64,000 nucleotides of DNA from Terriglobia bacterium. Its GTDB lineage: Bacteria; Acidobacteriota; Terriglobia; JAJPHL01; JAPKYU01. The notes beneath the pieces were generated by a model. That model saw only the letters and a program-made list of their open reading frames with translations. It did not search any database and was not told where the DNA came from. The DNA lies in contig CBDCVK010000010.1 in the NCBI GenBank assembly GCA_965223005.1, positions 1,088,001-1,152,000 on the forward strand, read 5' to 3'. Shown here one piece after another: positions 54,502-64,000 of this stretch (position 1 is its first letter; every line of letters starts with the position of its first letter). A program made the translations under genes and the position numbers.

Positions 54502-54564
54502 ATCTATCATCGTACTCTTGTCAAGCCCTTTTTGACTGGTGTCCCTGCACCGCGGGAAGCGGAG

Positions 54565-55293
54565 TCAGTTTTCGGTCGAGGCGGGGAAACGAACAACGGG
54601 CCAGCCGCGCTCGGCGGCCAACTCGGCCAGCGCCGGCTCGGGTTCGACGGCCACGGGCAGCTGGGCCAGCTCCAGCATGGCCGAGTCGGAAAGCATGTTG
54701 CCCGCGGCCAGGTCGGGGTAGCGGCCGAGCCGCTGGCGAATGGCTTCGGCTTTGCCCGCGCCGAAGGGTACCGGGAGCAGAACCTCAGGGCTCAGCAGCC
54801 CATCGCGGATTACGGTTTCCACCGCCATCAGGCGTTGTTCGGGGATGCCGACCGCGCGGGCTCCGGCGGATACAATCCAGCGGTGGCTGCCCGACACCAG
54901 CCACACCTCGACGCCGGCTTCCTGCAGGCGGCGGGCCCAGGCCTGGGTTTCCGGCACAATCAGGTGGCGAATGTGGCGCTCGAAGAAGTTGCGAGCGTCG
55001 GCCTCCACCAGCTCTTCGGGCAATCCCCGCAGGCAAGTGGCGCAGAGGATAGCCAGCGCCAGGTCATTCAACTCGCCGCGGCAGTGCGCATCCCAGCCAT
55101 CGCGGGCTTCGCGCTCCGCCCTGGCCGGCAGGCGGCTGTTCTCGATCTGCCACAGGAGGAACCGGTTGCCCGCGTCCTCGCGCCACAGCACGCCGTCGGC
55201 GTCCAGCGTAACCAGCCCGGCGCCGCGCGCGCACAATTCGGCGACGACGGCTTCCACCCGGGCCCGGTCGGAGGCAGTTCCGTTACCTGACAC
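54565..55293 (-). CDS. HAD-IB family phosphatase
   Basis: LDADGVLW (DxD), VSGS, GKAEAI, AGN..SD. Confidence 0.85.
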   Translation of the reverse strand: MSGNGTASDRARVEAVVAELCARGAGLVTLDADGVLWREDAGNRFLLWQIENSRLPARAEREARDGWDAHCRGELNDLALAILCATCLRGLPEELVEADARNFFERHIRHLIVPETQAWARRLQEAGVEVWLVSGSHRWIVSAGARAVGIPEQRLMAVETVIRDGLLSPEVLLPVPFGAGKAEAIRQRLGRYPDLAAGNMLSDSAMLELAQLPVAVEPEPALAELAAERGWPVVRFPASTEN

Positions 55294-55310
55294 TGCGCTT
55301 CATCTCTTGG

Positions 55311-55367
55311 ATTGGCTCGGACTGGCCTCGACTGGCTCGGACTGGCCACGGCTGGCTCGGACTGGCT
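55311..55367. repeat. 10-bp degenerate tandem repeat (about 6 copies, ACTGGCTCGG)
   Basis: attggctcgg actggcctcg actggctcgg actggccacg gctggctcgg actggct. Confidence 0.85.
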
Positions 55368-55377
55368 TCATGCTCCC

Positions 55378-55656
55378 TCATCCTCCCTCATCTAGGGTAA
55401 CGACATCCACGACGCCAACCACGGCCATGTCCACCGGCGACTGCGGGCGCTCGACACTGGCCCCTGCTGACCAGCCCTCCTGCACGACAAGCACCCGGTC
55501 GCCCACGCCGGCATCCACCGCGTCCAACGCCAGCGCAGGATCACCGTGGGCGCTGCCGTCTAACTGGAGCGGCTGTACCACAAGAATCTTCTGTCCTTTG
55601 TGGGATGCATGCTTCTGCGTGGCAACCACATTACCGAGGACCCGGGCGAGAATCAC
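55378..55656 (-). CDS. BMC vertex pentamer (EutN/CcmL family)
   Basis: (V)ILARVLGNVVATQKH..LVVQPL..DAVDAGVGDRV..VGVVD. Confidence 0.9.
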   Translation of the reverse strand: MILARVLGNVVATQKHASHKGQKILVVQPLQLDGSAHGDPALALDAVDAGVGDRVLVVQEGWSAGASVERPQSPVDMAVVGVVDVVTLDEGG

Positions 55657-55916
55657 GTGTGAACCTCGTCCACAATGCCTACCACGGCGGCCTCCACCGG
55701 CACCTCGGCAGGCAGCCAGGGGAAGGAAGCTTCGCGGCCGCGGCAGAAGTAGACCAGTTCGGCGGCGCCAGCGCCGACGGCGTCCAGGGCCACCAGCGGC
55801 TTGCCGCTCGCGCGGCCGTGCGGGTCCACCGGCTGGAGGACCAGCATCTTCTTGCCTTCCAGGGTATCGTTCTTCATGGTGGCCCAGACGCGGCCCACCA
55901 CACGCGCCAGCGTCAT
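55653..55916 (-). CDS. BMC vertex pentamer (EutN/CcmL family)
   Basis: MTLARVVGRVWATMK..DAVGAG..VVGIVD. Confidence 0.92.
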   Translation of the reverse strand: MTLARVVGRVWATMKNDTLEGKKMLVLQPVDPHGRASGKPLVALDAVGAGAAELVYFCRGREASFPWLPAEVPVEAAVVGIVDEVHT

Positions 55917-56206
55917 TGCTTTCTCCCGGTCGCTTCCTCTTCGTCCATCTCGACCGTATCCACGATGCCGACAATGGCCGAGTCCACAGGAGTGTCCTTG
56001 AGGCCGCTGGCCATGCGGGCCGAACTGCCGGAGACGATCAGCACCGTCTCGCGAAATCCGGCGCCGACCGTGTCCACGGCCACCACATAGCCGGCTTCGT
56101 CCTTGCCCTGTGGGGAAATGAGTTTGGCCACCAGCAGCTTCTTCCCCTCCAGGCGGGGGTCCTTGCGGGTGGCCACGACGGTGCCGACAATCCGGGCCAG
56201 GATCAT
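55913..56206 (-). CDS. BMC vertex pentamer (EutN/CcmL family)
   Basis: MILARIVGTVVATRKDPRL..DTVGAG..GSSARM..IVGIVD. Confidence 0.93.
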   Translation of the reverse strand: MILARIVGTVVATRKDPRLEGKKLLVAKLISPQGKDEAGYVVAVDTVGAGFRETVLIVSGSSARMASGLKDTPVDSAIVGIVDTVEMDEEEATGRKQ

Positions 56207-56212
56207 GCGCGC

Positions 56213-56512
56213 CTACCTGGCAGTGGCGGCCGGCTGCGACTTGCCGATGGGCAGCACGTCTTCCAGGCTGGGATGCGGGCGAGGGATCACGTGCACGCTG
56301 AGCAATTCGCCGACACGCCGGGCGGAGGCTGCACCGGCGTCGGTGGCCGACTTGACGGCCGCTACATCGCCGCGCACCAGCACCGTGACGTAGCCGGAAC
56401 CGATCTTTTCGTAGCCAACTATCGTCACCTTGGCCGCCTTCACCATGGCGTCGGCGGCCTCGATCATCGCCACCAATCCGCGCGTCTCGATCATTCCAAG
56501 GGCATCACCCAT
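56213..56512 (-). CDS. BMC hexamer shell protein (EutM/PduA-like)
   Basis: [34 protein letters not shown]. Confidence 0.95.
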   Translation of the reverse strand: MGDALGMIETRGLVAMIEAADAMVKAAKVTIVGYEKIGSGYVTVLVRGDVAAVKSATDAGAASARRVGELLSVHVIPRPHPSLEDVLPIGKSQPAATAR

Positions 56513-56560
56513 AGATCCTCCTTGTTTCCGCTCCTCTTGGGTCGTGCGGCCCCAACTGAC

Positions 56561-57370
56561 CTAGCGGCTGGCCAAGGCCCGCGACTTGAGCAAGTCGTCC
56601 ACCAGGGCAAGCAATTCCTCCCGCGTGACGTAGAACCGCTGGCCGGATTGGTTTGCCTGAGGTAGCTCCGCCGGCGGCGCGTCGGACACCACCGGGCAGC
56701 TGGGGCCGGCCGACGGGGCCGACTCCAGCCCGAAATAGCGCTGGCGGGCCTGCATCAATTTCTCGACCTCAGCGCTGGTGAGCAGCACCTGCCGTCCCAA
56801 CATCTCGGTCACCAGCGATATCCGTGCAAAGTGCTCCACGGTCTCCATCTTGAAGTAAGCGCCCAGCAGGTCCCCGCCGTAGGTGACCACGCCATGATTG
56901 GCCATCAGGATGGCGTCGTAGCTGGGCACCAAGTCTTTCAAGGCGTCAGTCAGCTCCGGCGTTCCCGGTGTGCCGTAACGCGCCAGGGGCACGCATCCCA
57001 GCGACAGCACGATCTCGGAGATCAACGCCTTGTTCAACGAAAGCCCGGCGGCCGCATAGCCTGTGGCGGTGGCGGGATGGGCGTGCACCACGGCCTGGAC
57101 GTCGGGCCGCCGGCGGTAGATCAACAGGTGCATGGCCAGCTCGGAGGAAACGTTGCGCCGTCCCAACAACTTGTTTCCCTCCTGGTCCACAACGACCAAG
57201 TCGTCGGGGCGCATCATGCCCTTGCTGATCATGGTGGGTGTAGCCAGGATGTCGCCGCTGGGCAGGCGCACGCTCACGTTGCCGTCGGTGGCCGCCACAA
57301 AGTTCTTCTGATGAAGCAGCCTCCCGATTTCGCAAATGTCGTGGCGGTACTCGTTCTCGGTCTTGATCAC
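56561..57370 (-). CDS. Class II aldolase/adducin family protein with putative C-terminal encapsulation peptide
   Basis: DGNVS, PSSE-like VSSELAMH, VVHAHP, MANHG; linker followed by amphipathic TREELLALVDDLL. Confidence 0.9.
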   Translation of the reverse strand: MIKTENEYRHDICEIGRLLHQKNFVAATDGNVSVRLPSGDILATPTMISKGMMRPDDLVVVDQEGNKLLGRRNVSSELAMHLLIYRRRPDVQAVVHAHPATATGYAAAGLSLNKALISEIVLSLGCVPLARYGTPGTPELTDALKDLVPSYDAILMANHGVVTYGGDLLGAYFKMETVEHFARISLVTEMLGRQVLLTSAEVEKLMQARQRYFGLESAPSAGPSCPVVSDAPPAELPQANQSGQRFYVTREELLALVDDLLKSRALASR

Positions 57371-57548
57371 GGCAGTCGGCGCTGGGTGGCTGTCTCGACC
57401 GGCCCTGCCCACTCGAGGCTGACCCAGCCGGCGCGGGTCGTTTGGCCGAGTGCGCTATCGTACCGAAACCTACTACCCTTGTAAAGCGAACCGGCCCTGC
57501 AAAGCTTCTTGCCCAGAGAGCCTGGCTTCATGGCTCGAGGGTATAGCT

Positions 57549-58967
57549 TTATTGCCTTCGAAGCTCGATCTGTCCTTTGCGGGTGAAGTTGATGGACTCG
57601 CCAAGAATCCGCGCCGATTCCTGGGGAGCGTGAAAGCCCGTCGAATTTTCCGCCTCGATGAAGTCCAGCAGAAACTGCGCCTTGCGCTGAAAGTCGCGTG
57701 CCGTAGCCAGTTCGGGCTCTGTTCTGCCAGCCTGGCGGGCTACCTTGATGTCCTGGATCAGCTCGACCAGAGCATCCATGGCCAGGTTGCGTAGCCTGTG
57801 GGTCCTCTGCTGGATGGTCTCGACGCGGGCTTTCAGTTCGTCTTCCGGCCACTTGTGGCAGGTCTGGCAGGCCCGATTGATGTTCAACAGCGGGCTGCGG
57901 ACGTGGTGGTCGCTGATCTTCATTGCCCCCTCTCGTTTGTAGGGCATGTGACAGTCCACGCAGGCCACACCCGAGCGCGCATGAATCCCCTGGTTCCAGA
58001 GCTCAAACTCAGGATGTTGGGCCTTCAGAACGGGAGCGCCGCTGTCGGCGTGGATCCAGTCCCGGAAGCCGGAAGCGTCATAGTAGGCAAGAATGTTCTC
58101 CACCTTGAGCCCGTTGGCCCATGGGTAAACCAGGCGTTTATCCCGGCCCTTGAAATAGTACTCAACGTGACACTGGCCGCAGACAAAGCCGCGCATTTCC
58201 TGGTGCGTCGCCATGGTATTGACGTCGTAATCTTTCTCGCCCTGGGACGCTTTCAGGGCACGGATACCTTCGACAAACGCTGGCCGTGTCACCCGTAGCT
58301 GCATCGTGTCGGGGACATGGCAATCGATGCAGGCTACCGGATGAGTGACCAGCTTGCGCGCTTCACTGTAGGGCAACTGATTGATCCGTTCAAAGCCCTT
58401 GAACAGATCCCCGTCACCCAGTTTCTTGTAGGAAACATAGACGGAGGCATGGCAGTGCAGGCAAGTCCCGGGCTGTTTGGCCACAATCTGGCGCTCGGTG
58501 TAGGTCTGGTCCTCCAGCATGAAGGCGTGGCCGCGCTCCTCACGGAAGTCGGTGGCAAAGGCGTAGCCAGCCCACATCGCTTTTAGGCGTGGGTCTTCTT
58601 CTAGCTTCGACTGCGCGACGAGAGAGCGGGGATCGGCCCTGGTTGGCGTTCGCGGCACAGCCTCGCTTCCCCCAAACCTAGTCCGGACCTGGTCCACCGT
58701 CCGGCGATAGCCGTCGTATTGCATGGGGAAGTTCTTGCCCCACACGGCAGGGTCCTCCGTATCATCGTTGAGTTCCACGACCCGGTAGAACGGGTTGCGG
58801 GCCTCCTGCTTGCGCTCGAAGATACTTACCAGCAGCGCGGCGCCTCCCGTTGCTGCCAGCGCGGCAATGACCGCCGTCATCACAATGAGCAAAGCCCGGT
58901 TGCTTCCTGCCCCACCATTCCGGCCATCATTCCTGTTAGTCGAGCGACCCTCAGGAGTCTCAGTCAT
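57549..58967 (-). CDS. nrfA: Ammonia-forming cytochrome c nitrite reductase (CxxCH heme-1 variant)
   Basis: MWAGYAF..REERGH, five CxxCH motifs, CGQCHVEYYF, KAQHPEFE, ENSTGFHAP. Confidence 0.93.
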   Translation of the reverse strand: MTETPEGRSTNRNDGRNGGAGSNRALLIVMTAVIAALAATGGAALLVSIFERKQEARNPFYRVVELNDDTEDPAVWGKNFPMQYDGYRRTVDQVRTRFGGSEAVPRTPTRADPRSLVAQSKLEEDPRLKAMWAGYAFATDFREERGHAFMLEDQTYTERQIVAKQPGTCLHCHASVYVSYKKLGDGDLFKGFERINQLPYSEARKLVTHPVACIDCHVPDTMQLRVTRPAFVEGIRALKASQGEKDYDVNTMATHQEMRGFVCGQCHVEYYFKGRDKRLVYPWANGLKVENILAYYDASGFRDWIHADSGAPVLKAQHPEFELWNQGIHARSGVACVDCHMPYKREGAMKISDHHVRSPLLNINRACQTCHKWPEDELKARVETIQQRTHRLRNLAMDALVELIQDIKVARQAGRTEPELATARDFQRKAQFLLDFIEAENSTGFHAPQESARILGESINFTRKGQIELRRQ

Positions 58968-59003
58968 TGCGTTGCCTCCCTGATCGTTTGCCCGGCACGG
59001 CAA

Positions 59004-59468
59004 TCACCGAGGATGTCCCACCGAACCGTGACAACCAGCACACGACAGCGCGGCTCTCCCAAGATTGTGAGCCGCCATGTCGTCCACGATGTCCTGGTGG
59101 CATTTCCGGCAGGCCTCCTCGCTAATCTTCAGGTTGTGCGGTTTGATGCGCAATGGCTCCGGGAATTGCCCGGAGGTGAAGGCGACCGAGTGCCACAGCC
59201 CGTTGGAGGCTTTGGTGGCGTACTTCGCCGCAAAGCCTGAAGGGGTATGACAGTCATTGCAGACAGCCACGGCGCGGTGAGTGGACCTGATCCAGGCGTC
59301 GTAGTACTCGCGCATGATGTGACAGTTGGCGCACGCCGAGGGATCGTCCGTAAAATAGGAGCCTCCCTTTGCGTATGAGAAGGTGTAAAAGCCCACTCCG
59401 ACGGCCAAGCCTACCGCAGCAGCGAGGAGGATGTGTGCGAGCTCAGCCGTCCTCAGTGGAAGCTTCAA
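59004..59468 (-). CDS. nrfH: Cytochrome c nitrite reductase small subunit
   Basis: TM anchor, DDPSACANCHIM, four CxxCH motifs, VGH terminus. Confidence 0.92.
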   Translation of the reverse strand: MKLPLRTAELAHILLAAAVGLAVGVGFYTFSYAKGGSYFTDDPSACANCHIMREYYDAWIRSTHRAVAVCNDCHTPSGFAAKYATKASNGLWHSVAFTSGQFPEPLRIKPHNLKISEEACRKCHQDIVDDMAAHNLGRAALSCAGCHGSVGHPR

Positions 59469-59671
59469 GCCTCGTCTCCTCAGGGCCTAAACACAGCAAA
59501 CACCAGCGGGTGCGAATCATTGCTTGACCGCAGCGTCATGCTGACGTCCTTCAACCACTACCAAGCCTAACATTAGGCCGGGATCGATTCTTGGGGTCAG
59601 GTCAAATACTTCGGATGCGGCAACCCGCGAGCGTCAAGAAATGAGCGCGCGGGATCTTTGTCCGCCGTGGG

Positions 59672-60976
59672 CTAGCGGAGCACTTCCGGATTGACGCAAT
59701 ACTGGGGAGGGCGGTTCTCGAGCACCGCCACCATGTCGGTGGCCATGGAGCGGTAGATGCGATCCATAGCCAGGTCGCTGACCCCGAGCACGTGAGGCGC
59801 GCAAAGCACCCGAGGGTCTTTGAAAATCCGGTGGGAGGAATCAGGTGGCTCAGTCGGGAACACGTCCAGGCCCACGGCGCTTAACTGCCCCGTGTCCAGG
59901 GCCTCGGCCAACACGTCGAGGCTTTCGACGACCCTGCCCCGGGACGTGTTGATTAGGATCGCTCCCGGCTTCATCAGCTCAAGCCGTTCCTTGTTGATTA
60001 ACCCCTGAGTTTGCTCCATCAAGGGCACGTGCAGGGAGACAAAGTCGGAGCGGCGGAGAAGCTCCGGAAGCTCCACCATTTGAACCCAGGGCACCCCTGC
60101 TTTGTCACTGCTGAGGAATGGATCGTAGCCGAGGATGGTCATGCCGAAAGGTTGTGCGAGCTTCGCCAGATGCGCTCCGATCTTCCCCAGGCCGATAATC
60201 CCTAGAGCATGCTCGGCCAAATCGCCGGTTTTGAAATCATATCGCTTCTGCCACTGGCCAGTTTTCACGATGCTGTCGCAGAGAGGGATTTGCTTCACAA
60301 GCGCCAGCAGAAGCGCCAGAGCCCCCTCTGCTACGGCGAAGCCGCTGACCGGCGCGTTGATTACGGCAATCTTGCGCGCCGATGCCGCGTCAACATCCAC
60401 GCTATCGAACCCGGCGCCGGTACGCCCGATCACGCGCAGTGTCGGGCAGGCGTCAATCATTCCGCCGGTCACCCGGCCCTCGCCCCGGCAGACCAGAGCG
60501 ATGGTGCCTTTCAGCAAACCCATCAGCGTTTCTTCGTCAGTCGAGGGAGCGATCTCGACCGGCGCCACTTGCTGGAGGATTTCAATGGCAGTCGTGTCGA
60601 TGGGTGCGGTGGCGACGATTCGCTGGGAGGCCGTAGCTTCTGCGGATGGAAACCTAATTCCCCACAGATCTTTCGCGTCCCTTAGTTCCACACCGAATTC
60701 GAAATTGCCGCTCTCGTTCTTCTTGTCGTCGCACCAGACGACTTTACCCATCGCACTTCGCTCGTTTGCGAGGTTCGTAACAACAACCTCCTCACCCGCA
60801 TCGCAGGGCTGCTTGCACTCGATCCTGGCCCCGTACTGACTCAGCACGACCGTCCAGCCCTCCATCCCCTGAAAACTGCCGCTGGCGTCTTTGACCAGCC
60901 GCACGGCAAGCCGCATGGGCACACGAGTACCTCGCCGTGCCCCTAACGTTAAATCCTCCGGTCTGATCCTCGCCAT
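59672..60976 (-). CDS. PilZ-like domain fused to a D-3-phosphoglycerate/2-hydroxyacid dehydrogenase
   Basis: N-terminal RRGTR..LSQYGA..GKVVW..FGVEL..LWGIRFP; C-terminal GAGFDSVD, GIIGLGKIG, INTSRG, LDVFPTEP, APHV. Confidence 0.8.
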   Translation of the reverse strand: MARIRPEDLTLGARRGTRVPMRLAVRLVKDASGSFQGMEGWTVVLSQYGARIECKQPCDAGEEVVVTNLANERSAMGKVVWCDDKKNESGNFEFGVELRDAKDLWGIRFPSAEATASQRIVATAPIDTTAIEILQQVAPVEIAPSTDEETLMGLLKGTIALVCRGEGRVTGGMIDACPTLRVIGRTGAGFDSVDVDAASARKIAVINAPVSGFAVAEGALALLLALVKQIPLCDSIVKTGQWQKRYDFKTGDLAEHALGIIGLGKIGAHLAKLAQPFGMTILGYDPFLSSDKAGVPWVQMVELPELLRRSDFVSLHVPLMEQTQGLINKERLELMKPGAILINTSRGRVVESLDVLAEALDTGQLSAVGLDVFPTEPPDSSHRIFKDPRVLCAPHVLGVSDLAMDRIYRSMATDMVAVLENRPPQYCVNPEVLR

Positions 60977-61280
60977 TTCAGCTATCCATCATGTTTGGTT
61001 GCGGCTCCGGGTCCTGAATTCGGTCTCCTGCTGATCGCGCGGCAGCCGCCGTTGCAAGAGGCTGCGCGGGCCTCGGATTTGTTTAGTTTGTTGACAATTG
61101 CATCGGCCCATGCTAGCTCTCCGGCTGCCCGATAGTAAAGAGCAAACGGCAATCCGGGATCGGATAGGGGGGAGTGGCCCAAGGAGCAGATATTTCCCCG
61201 TTAGCTTTGTACGATAGTTCCATGTAAAATCGCCTGCGATTCGTGCACGTCATCAGCGCTCATTGGAGTTTGAATAGTTT

Positions 61281-62633
61281 ATGAACGCAGCCTCTCAACC
61301 GCCGCCTGCAATTCCTGCTGCCGATTCTGTCGAAGCCCGTACCATGAAAAAGATCGGCAGACGCCTTCTCCCCCTTGTCTTTACCCTTTACGCGGTGGCC
61401 TACCTCGATCGCGCGAATGTGGCGTATGCCAAGTTGACCATGACGGTGGATCTTGGTTTTTCTGAAGCTGTTTATGGCTTCGGTGCCGGATTATTTTTTG
61501 TGGGCTATTTGCTGCTGGAAATCCCCGGTGCGTTGATTGTGCACAGGTGGGGTGCGCGGCTGTGGATGTCGCGCATTCTCATTTCCTGGGGCTTTGTCAC
61601 GGTCATGACCGGCTTCGTCCGTAATGCGAACGACTTTTATATTGCGCGGTTTTTACTGGGTGTTGCCGAGGCAGGATTTATCCCGGGAGTCATCGTTTAC
61701 TTGAACCAATGGTTTCCCAGCCAGTATCGGGCCCGAGCCATGGCCAGATTGCTCATAGGCGGCACTTTTGCATTGGTCATTGGAGGGCCGATTGCTGGTG
61801 CCATTCTGAGGGTGGGGTGGCTGGGGCTTGAAGGCTGGCGGTGGGTGTTTATTCTGGAAGGGGTTCCGGCAGTCACTATGGGCGTTCTTGTTCTGTTCAT
61901 TATGACAGACCGGCCCGCGAAGGCGAACTGGTTGCGGCCTGATGAGCGCGAATGGGTCATCAACGAACTGGAAGCAGAAAAACAGAGAAAGGCCACCTCC
62001 GGCAAGGTCACGGTTTGGCAGGCCTTTCGGCACCCCGCCGTGCTCATTTTGGCTGCGCTCGAGGTCCTGGCCAACATGGGGAATATAGCGTTTGGTCTAT
62101 GGCTGCCCACAATGATTCAGCGAGCCTCTGGCCTGCCGCCCCATCTTGCAGCAGCAGTGTCGGCGCTTCCCTTCGTGACGGCTGTGATAGGCCAACTGAC
62201 CAGTAGCTGGTCCTCGGACCGCAGGCGGGAGCGCGTCTTTCACACCGCCATCCCTCTTTTTCTGGCCGGCATCATCTTCCCGATCACGACTCTTCCCGGC
62301 ATGTCCTTCGGCTGGCTGCTGTTCTGGCTTTGCATGTCGAGTGCAGCCATCTGGGCGCAAGGTCCGCCCTTCTGGACCCTGCCCACTGTAGTCCTTGGAG
62401 AGGCGCCGGCGGCAGCCGCGATTGGCTTTATCAACACCGTTGGACAAGTGGGAGGCTTCTTCGGGCCCACTTTGGTTGGGGTCATGCTCACGGCAGGCTA
62501 CTCTTTTGACGACACTACCCGCCTCCTGTCGCTGGGCTTCATCGCGTCCGGCATGATGGCGTTAGGTTTGCGGCGTTATGTCCCGGCTCGCGGATCGGAA
62601 ACGGCGCAGCCGGAACCCCCAGATGCGAGATAG
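61281..62633 (+). CDS. MFS transporter (ACS/tartrate TtuB-like)
   Basis: AYLDRANV, LEIPG, RFLLGVAEAGFIPG, GWRWVFILEG. Confidence 0.92.
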   Translation: MNAASQPPPAIPAADSVEARTMKKIGRRLLPLVFTLYAVAYLDRANVAYAKLTMTVDLGFSEAVYGFGAGLFFVGYLLLEIPGALIVHRWGARLWMSRILISWGFVTVMTGFVRNANDFYIARFLLGVAEAGFIPGVIVYLNQWFPSQYRARAMARLLIGGTFALVIGGPIAGAILRVGWLGLEGWRWVFILEGVPAVTMGVLVLFIMTDRPAKANWLRPDEREWVINELEAEKQRKATSGKVTVWQAFRHPAVLILAALEVLANMGNIAFGLWLPTMIQRASGLPPHLAAAVSALPFVTAVIGQLTSSWSSDRRRERVFHTAIPLFLAGIIFPITTLPGMSFGWLLFWLCMSSAAIWAQGPPFWTLPTVVLGEAPAAAAIGFINTVGQVGGFFGPTLVGVMLTAGYSFDDTTRLLSLGFIASGMMALGLRRYVPARGSETAQPEPPDAR

Positions 62634-62667
62634 TCAGACGCGAGATAGTCAGATGCAAGGCAGTCAG
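62620..62667. repeat. 15-bp degenerate tandem repeat x3 overlapping the MFS stop codon
   Basis: CAGATGCGAGATAGT CAGACGCGAGATAGT CAGATGCAAGGCAGT. Confidence 0.85.
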
Positions 62668-62870
62668 CGGTCCCGGATGACAACGTCCGCCCGGATGGCA
62701 GCAATCCGCGAGGACGAAATCCTCGCGCTATGGCCCTTCGCTACCACCCCACGCAAGATTGGAAGATAATAGTAGGCGGACCTGAATAGGTACCTGGCAC
62801 TGAACCAGAAAATATCGCATCAGGAAAACAGTAGCCGCGGGAGTCGGCGGCACGGGAGGTTGGAGGCAAC

Positions 62871-63569
62871 GTGGACAAGACGGTTCGCAACGCAGACGAA
62901 GCGGTAGCCGATGTCTCCGATGGAGCGCTCATCATGATGGGAGGCTTCGGGCTGTGCGGCATCCCGGAGAATCTGATTGCCGCACTGCGCCGCAAGGGCA
63001 CCCGCAACCTGACCGTGGTCAGCAACAACGCAGGCGTGGACAATTTCGGCATCGGCCTGCTGCTCGAGACCCGGCAGGTGAAGAAGATGATCGCCACCTA
63101 TGTGGGCGAGAACAAATTGTTTGAGGCGCTGATGCTGAAGGGAGAGTTGGAAGCGGAGCTGAACCCGCAAGGCACACTGGCCGAGCGCATCCGGGCCGGT
63201 GGCGCCGGCATCCCTGCCTTCTATACGCCCACCGGCTACGGCACCGTGATCGGTGAAGGCAAGGAAGTGCGCGAGTTCAACGGTCGGACCTGCGTGATGG
63301 AGCGCGCCCTGCGCGCCGACTTTACCTTCATCAAGGCCTGGAAGGGCGACCCCTGGGGTAACCTCGTGTATCGGAAGACGGCGCGCAACTTCAACCCGGT
63401 GATGGCAACAGCGGCCCGGGTGACCATTGCGGAGGTGGAGGAGTTAACGGAGGTGGGGCGGCTGGACCCGGATCAGGTCCACACCCCTGGGGTTTTCGTG
63501 CATCGGATCTTTCAAGGGGAGAACTATGAAAAGCGAATCGAGAAGCGGACGGTCCGGCGGGCCGGCTGA
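62871..63569 (+). CDS. scoA: 3-oxoacid CoA-transferase subunit A
   Basis: [39 protein letters not shown]. Confidence 0.93.
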   Translation: MDKTVRNADEAVADVSDGALIMMGGFGLCGIPENLIAALRRKGTRNLTVVSNNAGVDNFGIGLLLETRQVKKMIATYVGENKLFEALMLKGELEAELNPQGTLAERIRAGGAGIPAFYTPTGYGTVIGEGKEVREFNGRTCVMERALRADFTFIKAWKGDPWGNLVYRKTARNFNPVMATAARVTIAEVEELTEVGRLDPDQVHTPGVFVHRIFQGENYEKRIEKRTVRRAG

Positions 63570-64000
63570 GGCGGCGGCAGACGCGAAGCGAGAAGCGGCC
63601 CGCAGGCGGGAGCGGATCGTGCGCCGCATTGCCCGGGAACTGCGCGACGGGTACTCCGTCAACCTGGGCATTGGCGTGCCCACGCTGGTGGCGAACTTCA
63701 TTCCCGCGGGCATGGACGTGATTCTGCAGTCGGAGAATGGGATGCTGGGGGTGGGGCCCTATCCGGAGGAGGGGCGCGAAGACCCGGACCTGATCAACGC
63801 GGGAAAGGAGACGGTCACCGAGCGGGCCGGAGCCAGCTATTTTTCCAGCGCCGACTCGTTTGGCATGATCCGCGGCGGGCATGTGGATCTGACGGTGCTG
63901 GGTTCCATGGAAGTGGACCAGCAGGGCAACCTGGCCAACTGGATGATTCCCGGCAAAGTGGTCAAGGGCATGGGCGGTGCGATGGACCTGGTGGCCGGGG
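63526..64000 (+). CDS. scoB: 3-oxoacid CoA-transferase subunit B (partial, runs off the window)
   Basis: Manual translation [45 protein letters not shown]; ATG 63526 is preceded by GGGGAG. Confidence 0.92.
   Translation, partial: MKSESRSGRSGGPAEAAADAKREAARRRERIVRRIARELRDGYSVNLGIGVPTLVANFIPAGMDVILQSENGMLGVGPYPEEGREDPDLINAGKETVTERAGASYFSSADSFGMIRGGHVDLTVLGSMEVDQQGNLANWMIPGKVVKGMGGAMDLVAG

Noticed and set aside
55311-55367. Tandem repeats here and at 62620 as CRISPR arrays
   Set aside because: The units are 10-15 bp and contiguous, with no unique spacers.
55378-55974. 198-aa EutN fusion
   Set aside because: The upstream part overlaps another eutN; the real start is GTG at 55656.
54740-56665. 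Long plus-strand ORFs (also 28150..29706, 15889..17283, 31958..33196, 46901..48028)
   Set aside because: These are antisense shadows of well-supported genes in GC-rich DNA, with no motifs.
59510-59545. FNR/CRP box upstream of nrfH
   Set aside because: TGA...TCA spacing is 8 rather than 6, a poor consensus match.

Overview
GC-rich bacterial chromosomal window. The gene set (TolB-propeller Ser/Thr kinase, PQQ-repeat protein, aldolase-linked BMC locus, short-form ThiI) resembles Acidobacteriota, which is inferred and not verified. Positions 1-21.8 kb form a decaying accessory zone. It holds gene fragments and chimeras, a B12-radical SAM gene, two disabled GT-C-type glycosyltransferases, an FkbM methyltransferase and nested IS256/IS3 elements. 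It also holds tRNA-Thr(CGT) with integrase remnants on both sides, including a 3.8-kb element that duplicates the 5' half of the tRNA rather than the 3' half. The standout feature lies just outside that element, at 21.9-26.0 kb. It is a compact type III-A-like operon: an HD-less Cas10 with intact GGDD, a Csm2 with an N-terminal zinc ribbon, Csm3 and Csm4. No csm5, cas6, cas1/2, CARF/SAVED effector or CRISPR array is visible in the window. The remainder is mostly core metabolism: thiI, acyl-CoA carboxylase beta, glnA with an unusual metal-ligand substitution, pdaD plus a deoxyhypusine-synthase-like gene, a SAM-I riboswitch operon (thrC-like, MoaD-like, Zn finger), pyrF, gltX, rlmB, mtnA, uvrA, creD, a BMC locus, nrfHA, a PilZ-dehydrogenase fusion, an MFS transporter and scoAB. 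There is also a UGA-containing (probable selenocysteine) peroxiredoxin-like gene interrupted by an IS3. All calls come from motif recognition by eye; no searches were run.
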